A DNA stretch of 64,000 nucleotides from Leptogorgia sarmentosa. Its lineage: Eukaryota. Both the position numbers and the translations under genes were made by a program. The DNA lies in contig OZ210884.1 in the NCBI GenBank assembly GCA_964658305.1, positions 2,604,001-2,668,000 of the forward strand. The letters are read 5' to 3'. Below the pieces are notes generated by a model, which saw only the letters and a program-made list of their open reading frames with translations, ran no database searches and was not told the origin of the DNA. This document shows, in pieces, positions 53,664 to 61,803 of the stretch; position 1 is the stretch's first letter; every line of letters starts with the position of its first letter.

Positions 53664-55916
53664 TATTACGGAAATATTGTTGTCATCGCAATGGGGTTTT
53701 AAAACATAAAAATCCCAATTAGAATCCATCAATTAAGACTTAAGAGACGATGTTCCATCACCTTAATATCGTGGAAAATAAATATACAATATTCTTTTGA
53801 ATGCATGCAATAGTTTGCCTCGATGCAAAATCATAAAGAGCCACCTTAATTCAAACAAGCCATGCCCAGAATGGCTTCCCCATTGTCGTCATATGCATTC
53901 TAATGCAAAATTCTGATTCTTTTCTCAAAACACCGTTTACAATATTCTCTAGATCTATTGACCACGAGAACGTCGTAAAGTATTACGGCCGAGTCTTGAA
54001 GGAGGAATCTGGTGGAACCAAATTCGTTTTCGTTATGGAGCTATGTACCGAAAGCTTGCGAGTGCATATCGAAGAACGACAGGATTCTGCCCCAGGAAGA
54101 GCCCCTGAAAACGAACGCAAAGACGCAATCTTGCAGACGGTGAAATGGGCGAAAGATATTGCGTGTGGTTTGGAGTATCTACACGGGAAACAAATTGTTC
54201 ACCGGGATTTGAAACCTGAAAATATATTGGTAAGGACTACTTTGCGGTTAATGTTGTTTATTCTGATAGGAGACAAATATTTTCTTCGTGCACAATTTTC
54301 AATCTCTTTTGCCCATTCCATCAAAAGTTTGTCCATACCCATGAATACTCGACGAATTATTATCCGATGCTAAACTTGTTATGAAATTAAAAACATTACT
54401 TTAGTGCCGGATATTATTCTCTTAGTATAGTTTCAGTAGTAAATAATAGTTTTAAACTGAGCATTTTGAACGGATGTCTGACTAGTAAATCTGAAGCATT
54501 ATTTATTAGAATTTTTAATGAATTATACTAAAACAATTTTTTGCATCTGTCTCAGTGAGTATGGGCGAATATTCGCTTCGACTTCGTCTCGATGAGTCAT
54601 AAGGTGGCTGCCAGAGGCGCCTTTAGTAAGCCTTCAACTCGATCAGGTTGAGCTGCGTCCTTCGTAATTCAGCTTAGCTCTCAGCTGCAAGTAAGGATGA
54701 TTAGCACACATCATTTACTTATTTATTTACCTATTTACTATTCACCGATAATCCTCTCGACATCGGTAAATAATTGTTATATACCTATTAGCAATGGATT
54801 AAAAAAAATCGCTACATTCTTTTAAACCAGCTAGGTATTCAACTGTCAAGGACTTTATAATATCGAACATAAACTGTATTATTATGTTTTCTGAACTTTT
54901 CCTAGTCGGATGAAACCACAGGAGAACCAGACTAGATGTTAGGGAACTTTAAATACGGGATTTTTTTTCCTTCGAATTTTAGCAATCCCAAATTGTGCAT
55001 CTTTTTAACAAAAGATTGGATTCAGTTGAACCGTGATGAATTTCAATATGATCTCGTATTTGTTCTGGATTCCGTAGCCGTCGCCAATCTAAAATTCTGT
55101 ATTTATTTGTGCGTGCCCGCCTGTACGCCAGCCTAAAATTAATCAACTACTAAAAAAAAAGAACACTGGAGAATATATCACACAGACAATCGTCGATTTT
55201 TCGCCTTTAAATGCATCTTTTTCGAAGTTAATCAATATCCAGCGAGCTACCGTAGAACTCTCAAAACAATGATGCTTTTATCAAATAGCGTAAATTCGCT
55301 CCAAAATTCTTGAAGGAGTGGCAACATTCGGCAAAAATATATCCGCGTGCCCGCTTTATTGCGCAAAAAACCGGAAGTCGACGAGCTAATCAATTACATC
55401 ATAGACTATCGAAAGAAACGCAAGCAAATTAATGTTCCATGATATGCAATATACTTTATTGGAACCCTATAAATTCACTTCAAAAACATTTTATTTATAT
55501 CATTATATTTACTCAAGATTGGCGCAGATTCCAAAACATTGAAAATTGCTGACGTTGGCATTGCCATTAACGAAGCGGACGTCACGGGCACTTTCGCTGG
55601 CACACCATTGTACATGGCTCCGGAAGTCTACAACGAATCGGGAATCTATAATTCTATGGCAGATATTTACAGCTTTGGTCTGATTCTGTGGGAGTTATGG
55701 TACGGGCAGAGAGTTTTCGCAGGAGAGTCGCCCAAAAAGGTAAGGGTGAAAATTGAAGAAGGTCAGAAACCGCACCATATTGCAGGTTGCCATCCTGTAA
55801 TACTTTCATTGGATTCCCTCATCCAGAAGTGTTGGCAAACCGACCCAAAGGATCGAGTGGATGCGGAAGAATGCGTGAAACAACTCAATAGTACCCTGGA
55901 GGCGTTGAATAACTAG
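35688..55916 (+). CDS. Dynamin/mitofusin-like GTPase - protein kinase fusion (DSTYK/Dusty kinase-like), ~974 aa; join(35688..35858,44884..45094,46059..46357,46445..46585,48604..48920,51289..52398,53953..54229,55518..55916)
   Basis: Eight exons splice with matching phases (0,1,0,0,2,2,0) into an open 2925-nt frame. GTPase motifs: G1 GETSSGKS, G2 PVTST, G3 DSPG, G4 NKWD. Hydrophobic segment VALGLTSPIWFPLALIGGIVSLPVLGGMMV. Kinase motifs: GSGTFADV, VAVK, HRDLKPEN, DVG, GTPLYMAPE, DIYSFG. Confidence 0.88.
37758..43476. mobile_element. Foldback-like element, or an inverted pair of one tandem-repeat-bearing element
   Basis: ~300-bp unique arm starting GAGAATGTGCACACCGATGTGCAGAAGC (37758) is nearly identical to the reverse complement ending at 43476. 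Each arm continues inward into 375-bp repeats (about 9.8 copies left, about 1.6 inverted copies at 42566-43172). No clear TSD. Confidence 0.75.
38060..41730. repeat. 375-bp tandem repeat, about 9.8 near-identical copies; each unit is a dimer of two diverged ~187-bp halves
   Basis: GGAATGTGCA at 38341 and 39841 (4 x 375). Both halves share GCATGT-AA-TTCAAGTC-T-tract, ATAGA-T-tract-ATTTT and ACAATGTAT(A/T)GCTTG. Confidence 0.97.
43477..43894. mobile_element. MITE-like element with ~120-bp inverted arms and ~180-bp spacer
   Basis: 43477-43596 (ACACGCATATAGCACAGATAC...CTGTAAAAGGTGA) is the near-perfect reverse complement of 43775-43894. Confidence 0.75.
44171..44559. repeat. Direct tandem duplication, two copies (~167 and ~220 bp) differing by indels
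   Basis: ACAGTTTGTCTTATATTA...GACGCTAAATGTGGTTCACCTACGTGCGC...AACTATAGACCCAAAAGTTAAGTT.GAAAATGACAA occurs at 44171-44337 and 44338-44559. Confidence 0.85.
44884..45094 (+). CDS. Coding exon 2 (AFSHFAEARQEDISKREKLQLICEK...EYVLLFA-G)
   Basis: Acceptor ttctattctttag|GCG, donor GCAG|gtatat (phase 1). Supplies the beta strand preceding the P-loop. Confidence 0.88.
46059..46357 (+). CDS. Coding exon 3, dynamin-like GTPase G1/G2
   Basis: Acceptor gtgtttag|GT, donor AAG|gtaagc. Encodes GETSSGKSSLINLILGENVLP...PVTSTICEVRHG. Confidence 0.93.
46445..46585 (+). CDS. Coding exon 4, GTPase G3 (DGLVIVDSPGIGECPEMDNMVAEYLNKAFLFIYVINSHNAGGVHQDR); absent from the ORF track
   Basis: Acceptor ttttctag|GAT, donor CGG|gtgagt; 47 codons containing DSPG. 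Confidence 0.93.
47240..47352. repeat. Perfect ~56-bp tandem duplication in intron 4
   Basis: CAAGCAATTTTTCATTTTATTATTATTTCACTGTAAGCTATATAGTTGAAAAAATA twice in a row. Confidence 0.9.
47754..48050. mobile_element. Possible Tc1/mariner-type terminal fragment
   Basis: Begins TA|CAGGGTGTCTCAAAAAAA, a common Tc1/mariner MITE terminus. No matching opposite end found; right boundary approximate. Confidence 0.35.
48604..48920 (+). CDS. Coding exon 5, GTPase G4 (AVFVCNKWD)
   Basis: Acceptor ctgtatctag|CTT, donor GCAG|gtaacg (phase 2). Confidence 0.92.
50310..50680. mobile_element. Palindromic interspersed repeat, copy 1 (hairpin tip deleted)
   Basis: Arms AATGTTTATGAGTGCAATGGTAAGAATA...GGTGAAAGATG / CATCTTTCACC...ATTGCACGAA...CATTCATTATTT; homologous to 56660-57110. 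Confidence 0.7.
50724..51010. mobile_element. Palindromic interspersed repeat with intact central TCGGGCTTCGCCCTC loop
   Basis: Hairpin 50901-51008: AACAATTAGATTAC...TCGATTTCTA.GAG.TGATAGTTGAT / ATCAACTATCACCTCATAGAAATC...GTAATCTAATTGTT. Smaller hairpin CTACTCGCTATCTAT/ATAGATAGCGAGTAG near 50769-50804. Confidence 0.7.
51014..51174. repeat. Degenerate palindromic repeat fragment
   Basis: GCAAAATATCG.G.TTATCAGTGGC / GCCACTGATAAATCACGATATTTTGC inverted arms. Confidence 0.6.
51289..52398 (+). CDS. Coding exon 6, helical stalk, hydrophobic hairpin and kinase N-lobe
   Basis: Acceptor ttttgcag|A, donor TTAAG|gtaccg; 1110 nt open; encodes GSGTFADVFKG and VAVK. Confidence 0.94.
53016..53136. repeat. 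Imperfect ~120-bp palindrome
   Basis: ATAATTTTTCTC...AATTCTCTCAA.ACGTT...AAGAAATTAAGA versus TCTTAATTTCTT...AACGT.TTGAGAGAATT...GAGAAAAATTAT. Confidence 0.65.
53199..53618. mobile_element. Palindromic interspersed repeat followed by (TA)n(TG)n microsatellite at ~53623-53662
   Basis: ATTACAC.GCGGT..GAAGATATGAATTTTATCTTC / GAAGATAAAATTCATATCTTC..ACCGCCGTGTAAT arms; internal ATATCTTCACTAGTGAAGATAT palindrome at ~53541. Confidence 0.65.
53953..54229 (+). CDS. Coding exon 7, kinase catalytic loop
   Basis: Acceptor ttctctag|A, donor TTG|gtaagg; encodes HENVVKYYG...HRDLKPENIL. Confidence 0.94.
55518..55916 (+). CDS. Coding exon 8 (last), kinase C-lobe
   Basis: Acceptor ttactcaag|ATT; encodes IGADSKTLKIADVGIA...GTPLYMAPE...DIYSFG...; TAG at 55914-55916. 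Confidence 0.92.
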   Translation: MGADSKTLKIADVGIAINEADVTGTFAGTPLYMAPEVYNESGIYNSMADIYSFGLILWELWYGQRVFAGESPKKVRVKIEEGQKPHHIAGCHPVILSLDSLIQKCWQTDPKDRVDAEECVKQLNSTLEALNN

Positions 55917-55960
55917 TTCCGTATAAATGACGAAGCCCTTCCGCAGTATATGGTTCGTAG

Positions 55961-56629
55961 TAAGTGGGCGAACGGTTAGTTTAAAATTAACATTCAAATA
56001 TATAATATTTCCAGTGTATAACCTAAATTTATACTTATATAAGTGCATGCTATCATTACACATAAAATTACTTTTAGGAATAATGACGAATGATATTACA
56101 GTAATTTTATTAGTTATTCGCAAATATAATCAAAATGTATGGCGATCCTATCCTGAGGTCGGCTTTCATAATGAATATTTATCTAGATATGCTGGTAAAT
56201 ATTTGATTATGGTACATGAAGTTCAAAGTCGAACCGAAAAGCATGATTTAAGATTAGCTGTGAAAATTTTACATTTTGAGAATATGTGTTAAGTAGTGAA
56301 CGAACGATTAGATTAAAATTAACATTCAAATATATACGTATATTCCAGGGTATAACCTAAATAATTTTTATACTTATAAAAGTGCATGTTATCATTAGAC
56401 ATAAAATTGCTTTTAGGAATTATGACGAATGATATTACAGTAATTCTATTAGTTATTCGCAAATATAATCAAAATCTATCGCGATCCTATTGTGAGGTCG
56501 GCTTTCATATTAATGAATATTTATCTAGATATGCTGGTAAACATTTGATTATGGTACATGAAATTCAAAGTCAAACCGAAAAGCATGAGTGTTAAATTAG
56601 CGGTGAAAATTTAGATTTTGAGATTATGT
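55961..56629. repeat. Tandem duplication of ~330 bp just downstream of the kinase stop codon
   Basis: TTAAAATTAACATTCAAATATAT...GATCCTAT..TGAGGTCGGCTTTCAT...CCGAAAAGCATGA...TTTTGAGA.TATGT at 55961-56287 and 56291-56629. Confidence 0.9.
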
Positions 56630-56659
56630 ATCAAAAATTGTAACAATTTCATATTATAC

Positions 56660-57110
56660 AAATAATGAATGTTTATGAGTGCAATGGTAAGAATATTTTC
56701 ATGAGGTGAAAGATGGAATGTTCTATTCAACGAGGCGAAGCCGAGTTGAATGGAACATTCCATCTTTCACCGAATGAAAATATTCTTTCCATTGCACGAA
56801 ATAAACATTCATTATTTGTTTTATATGACACCAAAATAAATCATTGACACGAAATACCCGCCATTTTGTTTTGTTAGTTTACTAAATAAAATTCCATCGC
56901 TCACATGGTCGCGCCACGTTCATAGATTCGCCATTAAAAGCGTGCGATAATAACATTTTGAGTGATTGAAAATAATTAAAACCACCGTGCAATGGAAAGA
57001 AATATTTGCACGGTTCCATTGCACGATCATGAAAATGGGAATTTCTATTTTATATCACGTGATCGTAAATAACCAATTAAATCGCGTTAATTTAACAAAG
57101 TGTTATATAA
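56660..57110. mobile_element. Palindromic interspersed repeat, copy 2, intact centre GAGGCGAAGCCGAG
   Basis: ~158-bp hairpin 56660-56817 centred on TTCAAC-GAGGCGAAGCCGA-GTTGAA; homologous to 50310-50680. Confidence 0.72.
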
Positions 57111-57344
57111 AAAGGATTATTCACTTACAAATGTTATAAATAGGAACCCAAAAGTGTTCAATTTGGGTATTATAATTACACAATATGGGAAAAATCTTTA
57201 ATTATAACGATTCAAAAAGTGCAACGTATTTGGAATGTGTAAGAATATACCGATCATCTGAATGTTTAGGTAATAGATTTCGAATTGTCACCATAATTAT
57301 TTTCCCAAAAGGTTCTGCATAACAATTCCTTTCTGTCCTTGGGT

Positions 57345-57709
57345 CAGTGGCGTAGCCAGACCTTCGTTTTGTTTCTGGGGGGTGGGAGTGAAGCGAACAC
57401 CAAAGGCGCGAGGCCATCTAGGGGGGTCCGGGGGCACTCTTCCCAAAGAAAATTTTGAAATGTGGAGGCCGTCATTGGCCATTGCCCGTGTTTCTTGATT
57501 GAGATTGTGCATAATGCTGGAAATTATTTACTGCAGGAAAGAGTAGTGATTTTTAATGATTTCTTAAACAAGGTACTAGAATGCGATTGGTTGTCACATT
57601 GGTAACCAACGTCCCCCCCCCTAATTTTTACCGGATTTCATCTTTTTACAAGCGGAGCCCTTCAGCCTATTGGGGCTAACCCCCCCCCCCCCCCCTATCT
57701 ACGCAACTG
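57345..57709. mobile_element. hAT-type MITE
   Basis: Termini CAGTGGCGTAG / CTACGCAACTG; 8-bp flanks CCTTGGGT (57337-57344) and CCTTGAGT (57710-57717), one mismatch; G/C-run subterminal motifs. Confidence 0.78.
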
Positions 57710-58485
57710 CCTTGAGTGTGAGCGACATAGTAGGAATCTCAGGTATCGGCGTAGGACAAGCTAGGACCAACAATATTGAGTGCAAGTATTTGAATGCGCT
57801 GTAATTCGTCAGTCAGAAACTTGAGCACGGCGCCTAAAACTACTAATGCATTGTTGGATATTGTAAATATACCTTGTTGTATAATATTTGATCTGAAGCA
57901 AGAACTGAATTCATAGTTAACCAATAAATTTTGATTACTTTGTATTGAAAATATTGATGTTGTTCATATTTAAACTTCATTGAGACAGCATAGAAAGAAC
58001 ATAAATGCAGATTTTCACAATAATTGTACAAAACCTCACGATAACCCCCATCTCGCTTGCATATATCTTCTACATGCAAGTGTACGGCCCGGTGATACGA
58101 CATCTCAACATTATATGAATGGAATGAATGGGTAAAAGAATACTTTTGTTTTATATCCATTAAAACCGCAAGACAGAACAAGCCATAGTTTATAGATTGT
58201 TCGCATAGCATAATTATTTAATTTGTGTCTGGATACCGTCACTGAGTGGGTGTAGAGTCAGAGTAAGAATTCGTTCCTATTTTCTCTGATAATTGTTACT
58301 GATTATTGTAAAGTCAATTCAGTTTTTAATTTCTAGCAAGTTTTCGAGCGGTTGCTATATAAATGGACGTTCTTATAGGATGCTATAATTGTATGTTTTC
58401 ACTTATTATAATATCGATTTAGACCCGTCTGATTCACAAGTGCCCTTGTCAACGGGCGGCTGGATACTTTTAATCTTTAAATATT

Positions 58486-58856
58486 ATGCTAATTGTCGGA
58501 AATTTCATTTGTTGTTGGGACCTGCTAGAAGCACTGCATGAATTAAATAAAAATGCATCATACATCCCAGCCAATCTATTATTAATAGCACTTTCCAGAG
58601 ACACTTCTTTACTGACAATTATGCTGAAGGAAGCGGCCTATTGTGATCGTTCTAACGTCTATTTGCTGTGGACTTAATAACTTATTTGTTTTTGGGACGT
58701 GCTAGGAGCACTGCAGGGATTAAATGAACATACATAATACTTTTCTGCCTTTTATTAATGCATAATAGCATTTTCTAGAGATACACATTTACTGATATAC
58801 TGAAGGAAGTTGGCCTGTTGTGATCGTTCTAACGTTTATTTGCGGCGGACTTAATG
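58486..58856. repeat. Two tandem copies of a ~180-195-bp repeat, with a third more diverged copy at ~60459-60660
   Basis: GGGAC.TGCTAG.AGCACTGCA...CTGAAGGAAG..GGCCT.TTGTGATCGTTCTAACGT.TATTTGC...GGACTTAAT repeated. Confidence 0.8.
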
Positions 58857-59732
58857 AACGGTCAGTTTTCAGTATTTTAGTCAAAATCTTGAATCGTGTA
58901 TACTTATCCCTGAATACTTATTTGCTTTTACCAAATCATAAGGACATTCTTCTAGATTCGCTTATTTACTGATTAACGGTAAGATGATTTGGTTACAGAG
59001 ATTATTAAAAATTTCTATGGTGGGCGAATTGGGCCGTAATGAAGTCAGTAATGGAGTATATTTTTTACTAAAAAGTTACATCGAAGTCGAGCAAACGTCG
59101 TTTAATTTATATGTATTCTTACAGCATTTAGACTGGTAATAAGAAATATTTCAATTGTGTCTGAACCCAGTCAACGTAAGAATTCAGAACTTTTTTCTTC
59201 GCCAATTTACACTCATTTTATTGATTGTTATTACACAGGTTACTTATATAATTATGGTGCCAGAGTTAAACATTTGGAGAATTTTTTCTTCTGTTTGTTT
59301 CTCTATTTTGCGACTTCCCATTTTTTTCGTCCGTGTTCCGCGAAACTTCTGTAGCCTAAAGAACAAATCAACACGCGTGTCAAAAGATGGGTGGGTGTGT
59401 GTGATACGTATATAATTAATATGTTTACATGCTGATTATCGCCATTGACAACACGCTAATACCAAAAATTGCTTACTTGGGAAATCCTACAATCGATAAA
59501 ACAAAAATTTGCTAGATTGTGTTTGGTAAATTGCACTTGTATTTCCAGTGATCTGGTTTGCAAACCGTATGATTGTGAATTTTATGAACATGACGAAAGT
59601 GTGTGGGAAATGTGCGTAAATTGGTTTATTTAGAAAATTGAACTGCGAACGAGTCCGTAAAGTGTACTGTTTGTGGGTATGCAGCTATACAAACATAATA
59701 CAAATGTTTTGGTGCTGTAAGGTAGGATTGCA

Positions 59733-60072
59733 CATAGGCGTACTGGACCATTTTATTGGGGGGGGGGGGGGGGGCTGGACAATTTGCCCGAATAATTTTC
59801 CATCCCTGCCCATGATCTTTTCCTACAATATTTTCAACCTCCCCCCCCCCCCCTCGCCAATTTTTTCCCGATAATTCGCCCATAAAAATTTATTTTTGTA
59901 TGATATATATTGTTATATTAAATTTGTTTAAATATATTGGCCGAAAAACCGAAATATTTAAATATATTGCCCAAAAAACTTAAATATATTGCCCAAAAAT
60001 TGTCCTTTTAATCCAATCTGGGGGGGCTGCAACCCCCCCCAGCCCCCCCCCCCCCCGGCTCGTACGCCTATG
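59733..60072. mobile_element. hAT-type MITE with perfect 8-bp target-site duplication
   Basis: TIRs CATAGGCGTAC / GTACGCCTATG; GGATTGCA at 59725-59732 and 60073-60080. Confidence 0.88.
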
Positions 60073-61731
60073 GGATTGCAGATCTTGCTTTGTCGAAAAT
60101 TTCAACACCGGCCGTAAAGTACGAAAGACCTACTACAACTAAATCCAGCTACAATTGTTTGCTGAATTTAGATTTAAATAATTGAGCAATTATAGCACGC
60201 ATGATTTAAGGCAAACGCCGAAATGTAACCTGAGCAAACGTTGTGCAAGCGTCTTTTAGTTTTTGTTTTCACAAGTTTCAAACCGGTTGCTTTAAACCCC
60301 CTGGAAACAATAATTGTATATTATGTTCACTTCTCCTGGTACTATCGATTAGCATCTCTGGCATTTCCCCTGAAAAATTATTATGATTTGAGCCTCTTCG
60401 ACTCACAAGTGCTCTCAACAAGAAGCGGCTGGTTATCTTCATGCTCCAAATTGTTGTAATGCTAATTGTCCATTGTCCAATATTTTAATTCTCGTTGGAA
60501 CGTGCTAGTAGCACTGCTAGAATGGACAAAACATACATAATAATTTCCTGCATGGGATCTATTAATGCCATTTTTATGGATATACATAATTTACTAAAAT
60601 GCTGAAGGAAGATGGGCTATTGCAATAGTTCCAAGGTCTAGTTTCTCTTGACTTAATAATTATCTATCTGAATGTAGGGAAAAATGTTCGTATTGTCTTG
60701 TTGCTATTAAAATGAAGAAATATATTTAATTTTGGCGATGCCAGCAAGTCTCAATTAAGCCTTCGAGAAGTCATACAAATGTGTATATTCAACATTCATT
60801 AGTCAGATGACTTAAGCAAACAAACTGCCAATCAAAATAAAGTATGACGGGAACCTACGGATAGGATTTAGTAATTATAGAGTGCATATTTTGATCTTCT
60901 ATCGAAAATCAAAATCCGTTTAATTAAGGTAGGAAAAAGGACAAAAACCATGGTAATTTATGCTTGCAAATACTAGTGCGTAATTGAAAAAACGCAGCTC
61001 GGCGTATTTTCAGGTTACAATGTATTTACTTGGACAGTAAAACCTTCAATTTTAATTACCTGTCTTTTAAACGATATGTGGATACATAATAATTTATAGA
61101 TTTATTGTATTTCTCAGTAATTGTGCAAAACGCCCAGATAGGACGTGGAAATTTTCATGTGCCGAACATGAGCTGAGTATGCCTAGATTGAGCACATGAT
61201 AAGTTCCCCGTATGATGAAACTCTTTGTATTTAGGTTTCACTTTAGCGAAGTTAACCTACAGTGTCTCATAATGGTCTTTAAAAATGGTACAAATATTTC
61301 ATGGCATAATAATGTCCGAAAATACATGCTGAATTATAAGTGTTTGTAAAATACTACAAATACTTAGTGACTTTACTGCTACTAAACTGTCTAACGTTTG
61401 CTCTGACAAATTGTTTTCAAAAGATAACTATGCAATCATTATCGGTTGCAATTATATTGGAATTAGTGGGGATTTTTGGATAATGTAAAGCAAGTATTCA
61501 AATCTAGTTTGTCGTATTAGAAATGACAGACAACAGCAATGACAACAATAAGCAATCCCCGTCTGGTCGTGGGACTCAGCATTCCTATCATGTTCATTTA
61601 AGATTGTCGTCTTCCTGTCTTTTTGTTCTGACTAGACGTCCCTTTCAGCATCTAAAATAGAAATACAATCATTAAAAAAATGATTGATAGCTTTCATTAT
61701 TTTCTGTCAAATGTCACATTCGGTTGATGAT

Positions 61732-61740
61732 TATAAAAGG
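61732..61740 (+). promoter_or_regulatory. Candidate TATA box of the secreted repeat-peptide gene
   Basis: TATAAAAGG 72 nt upstream of the ATG at 61804; TATCATTC/TCAGAA initiator-like sequence 20-40 nt downstream. Confidence 0.5.
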
Positions 61741-61803
61741 CATAGTGTGGATATCAGAAAACCAAACTGGTATCATTCACATGCACTGAGCCTGGTGAAC
61801 AAG

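Noticed and set aside
55806..56595. ORFs of 69-121 aa after the kinase stop codon
   Set aside because: AT-rich duplicated sequence; the two copies are not frame-conserved at their starts and show no domain features.
61684..61803. N-terminal extension of the secreted protein, as in ORF 61684..61962
   Set aside because: It starts at TTG and spans the candidate TATA box. ATG 61804 directly precedes a typical signal peptide, and the ORF tail after 61922 is intron.
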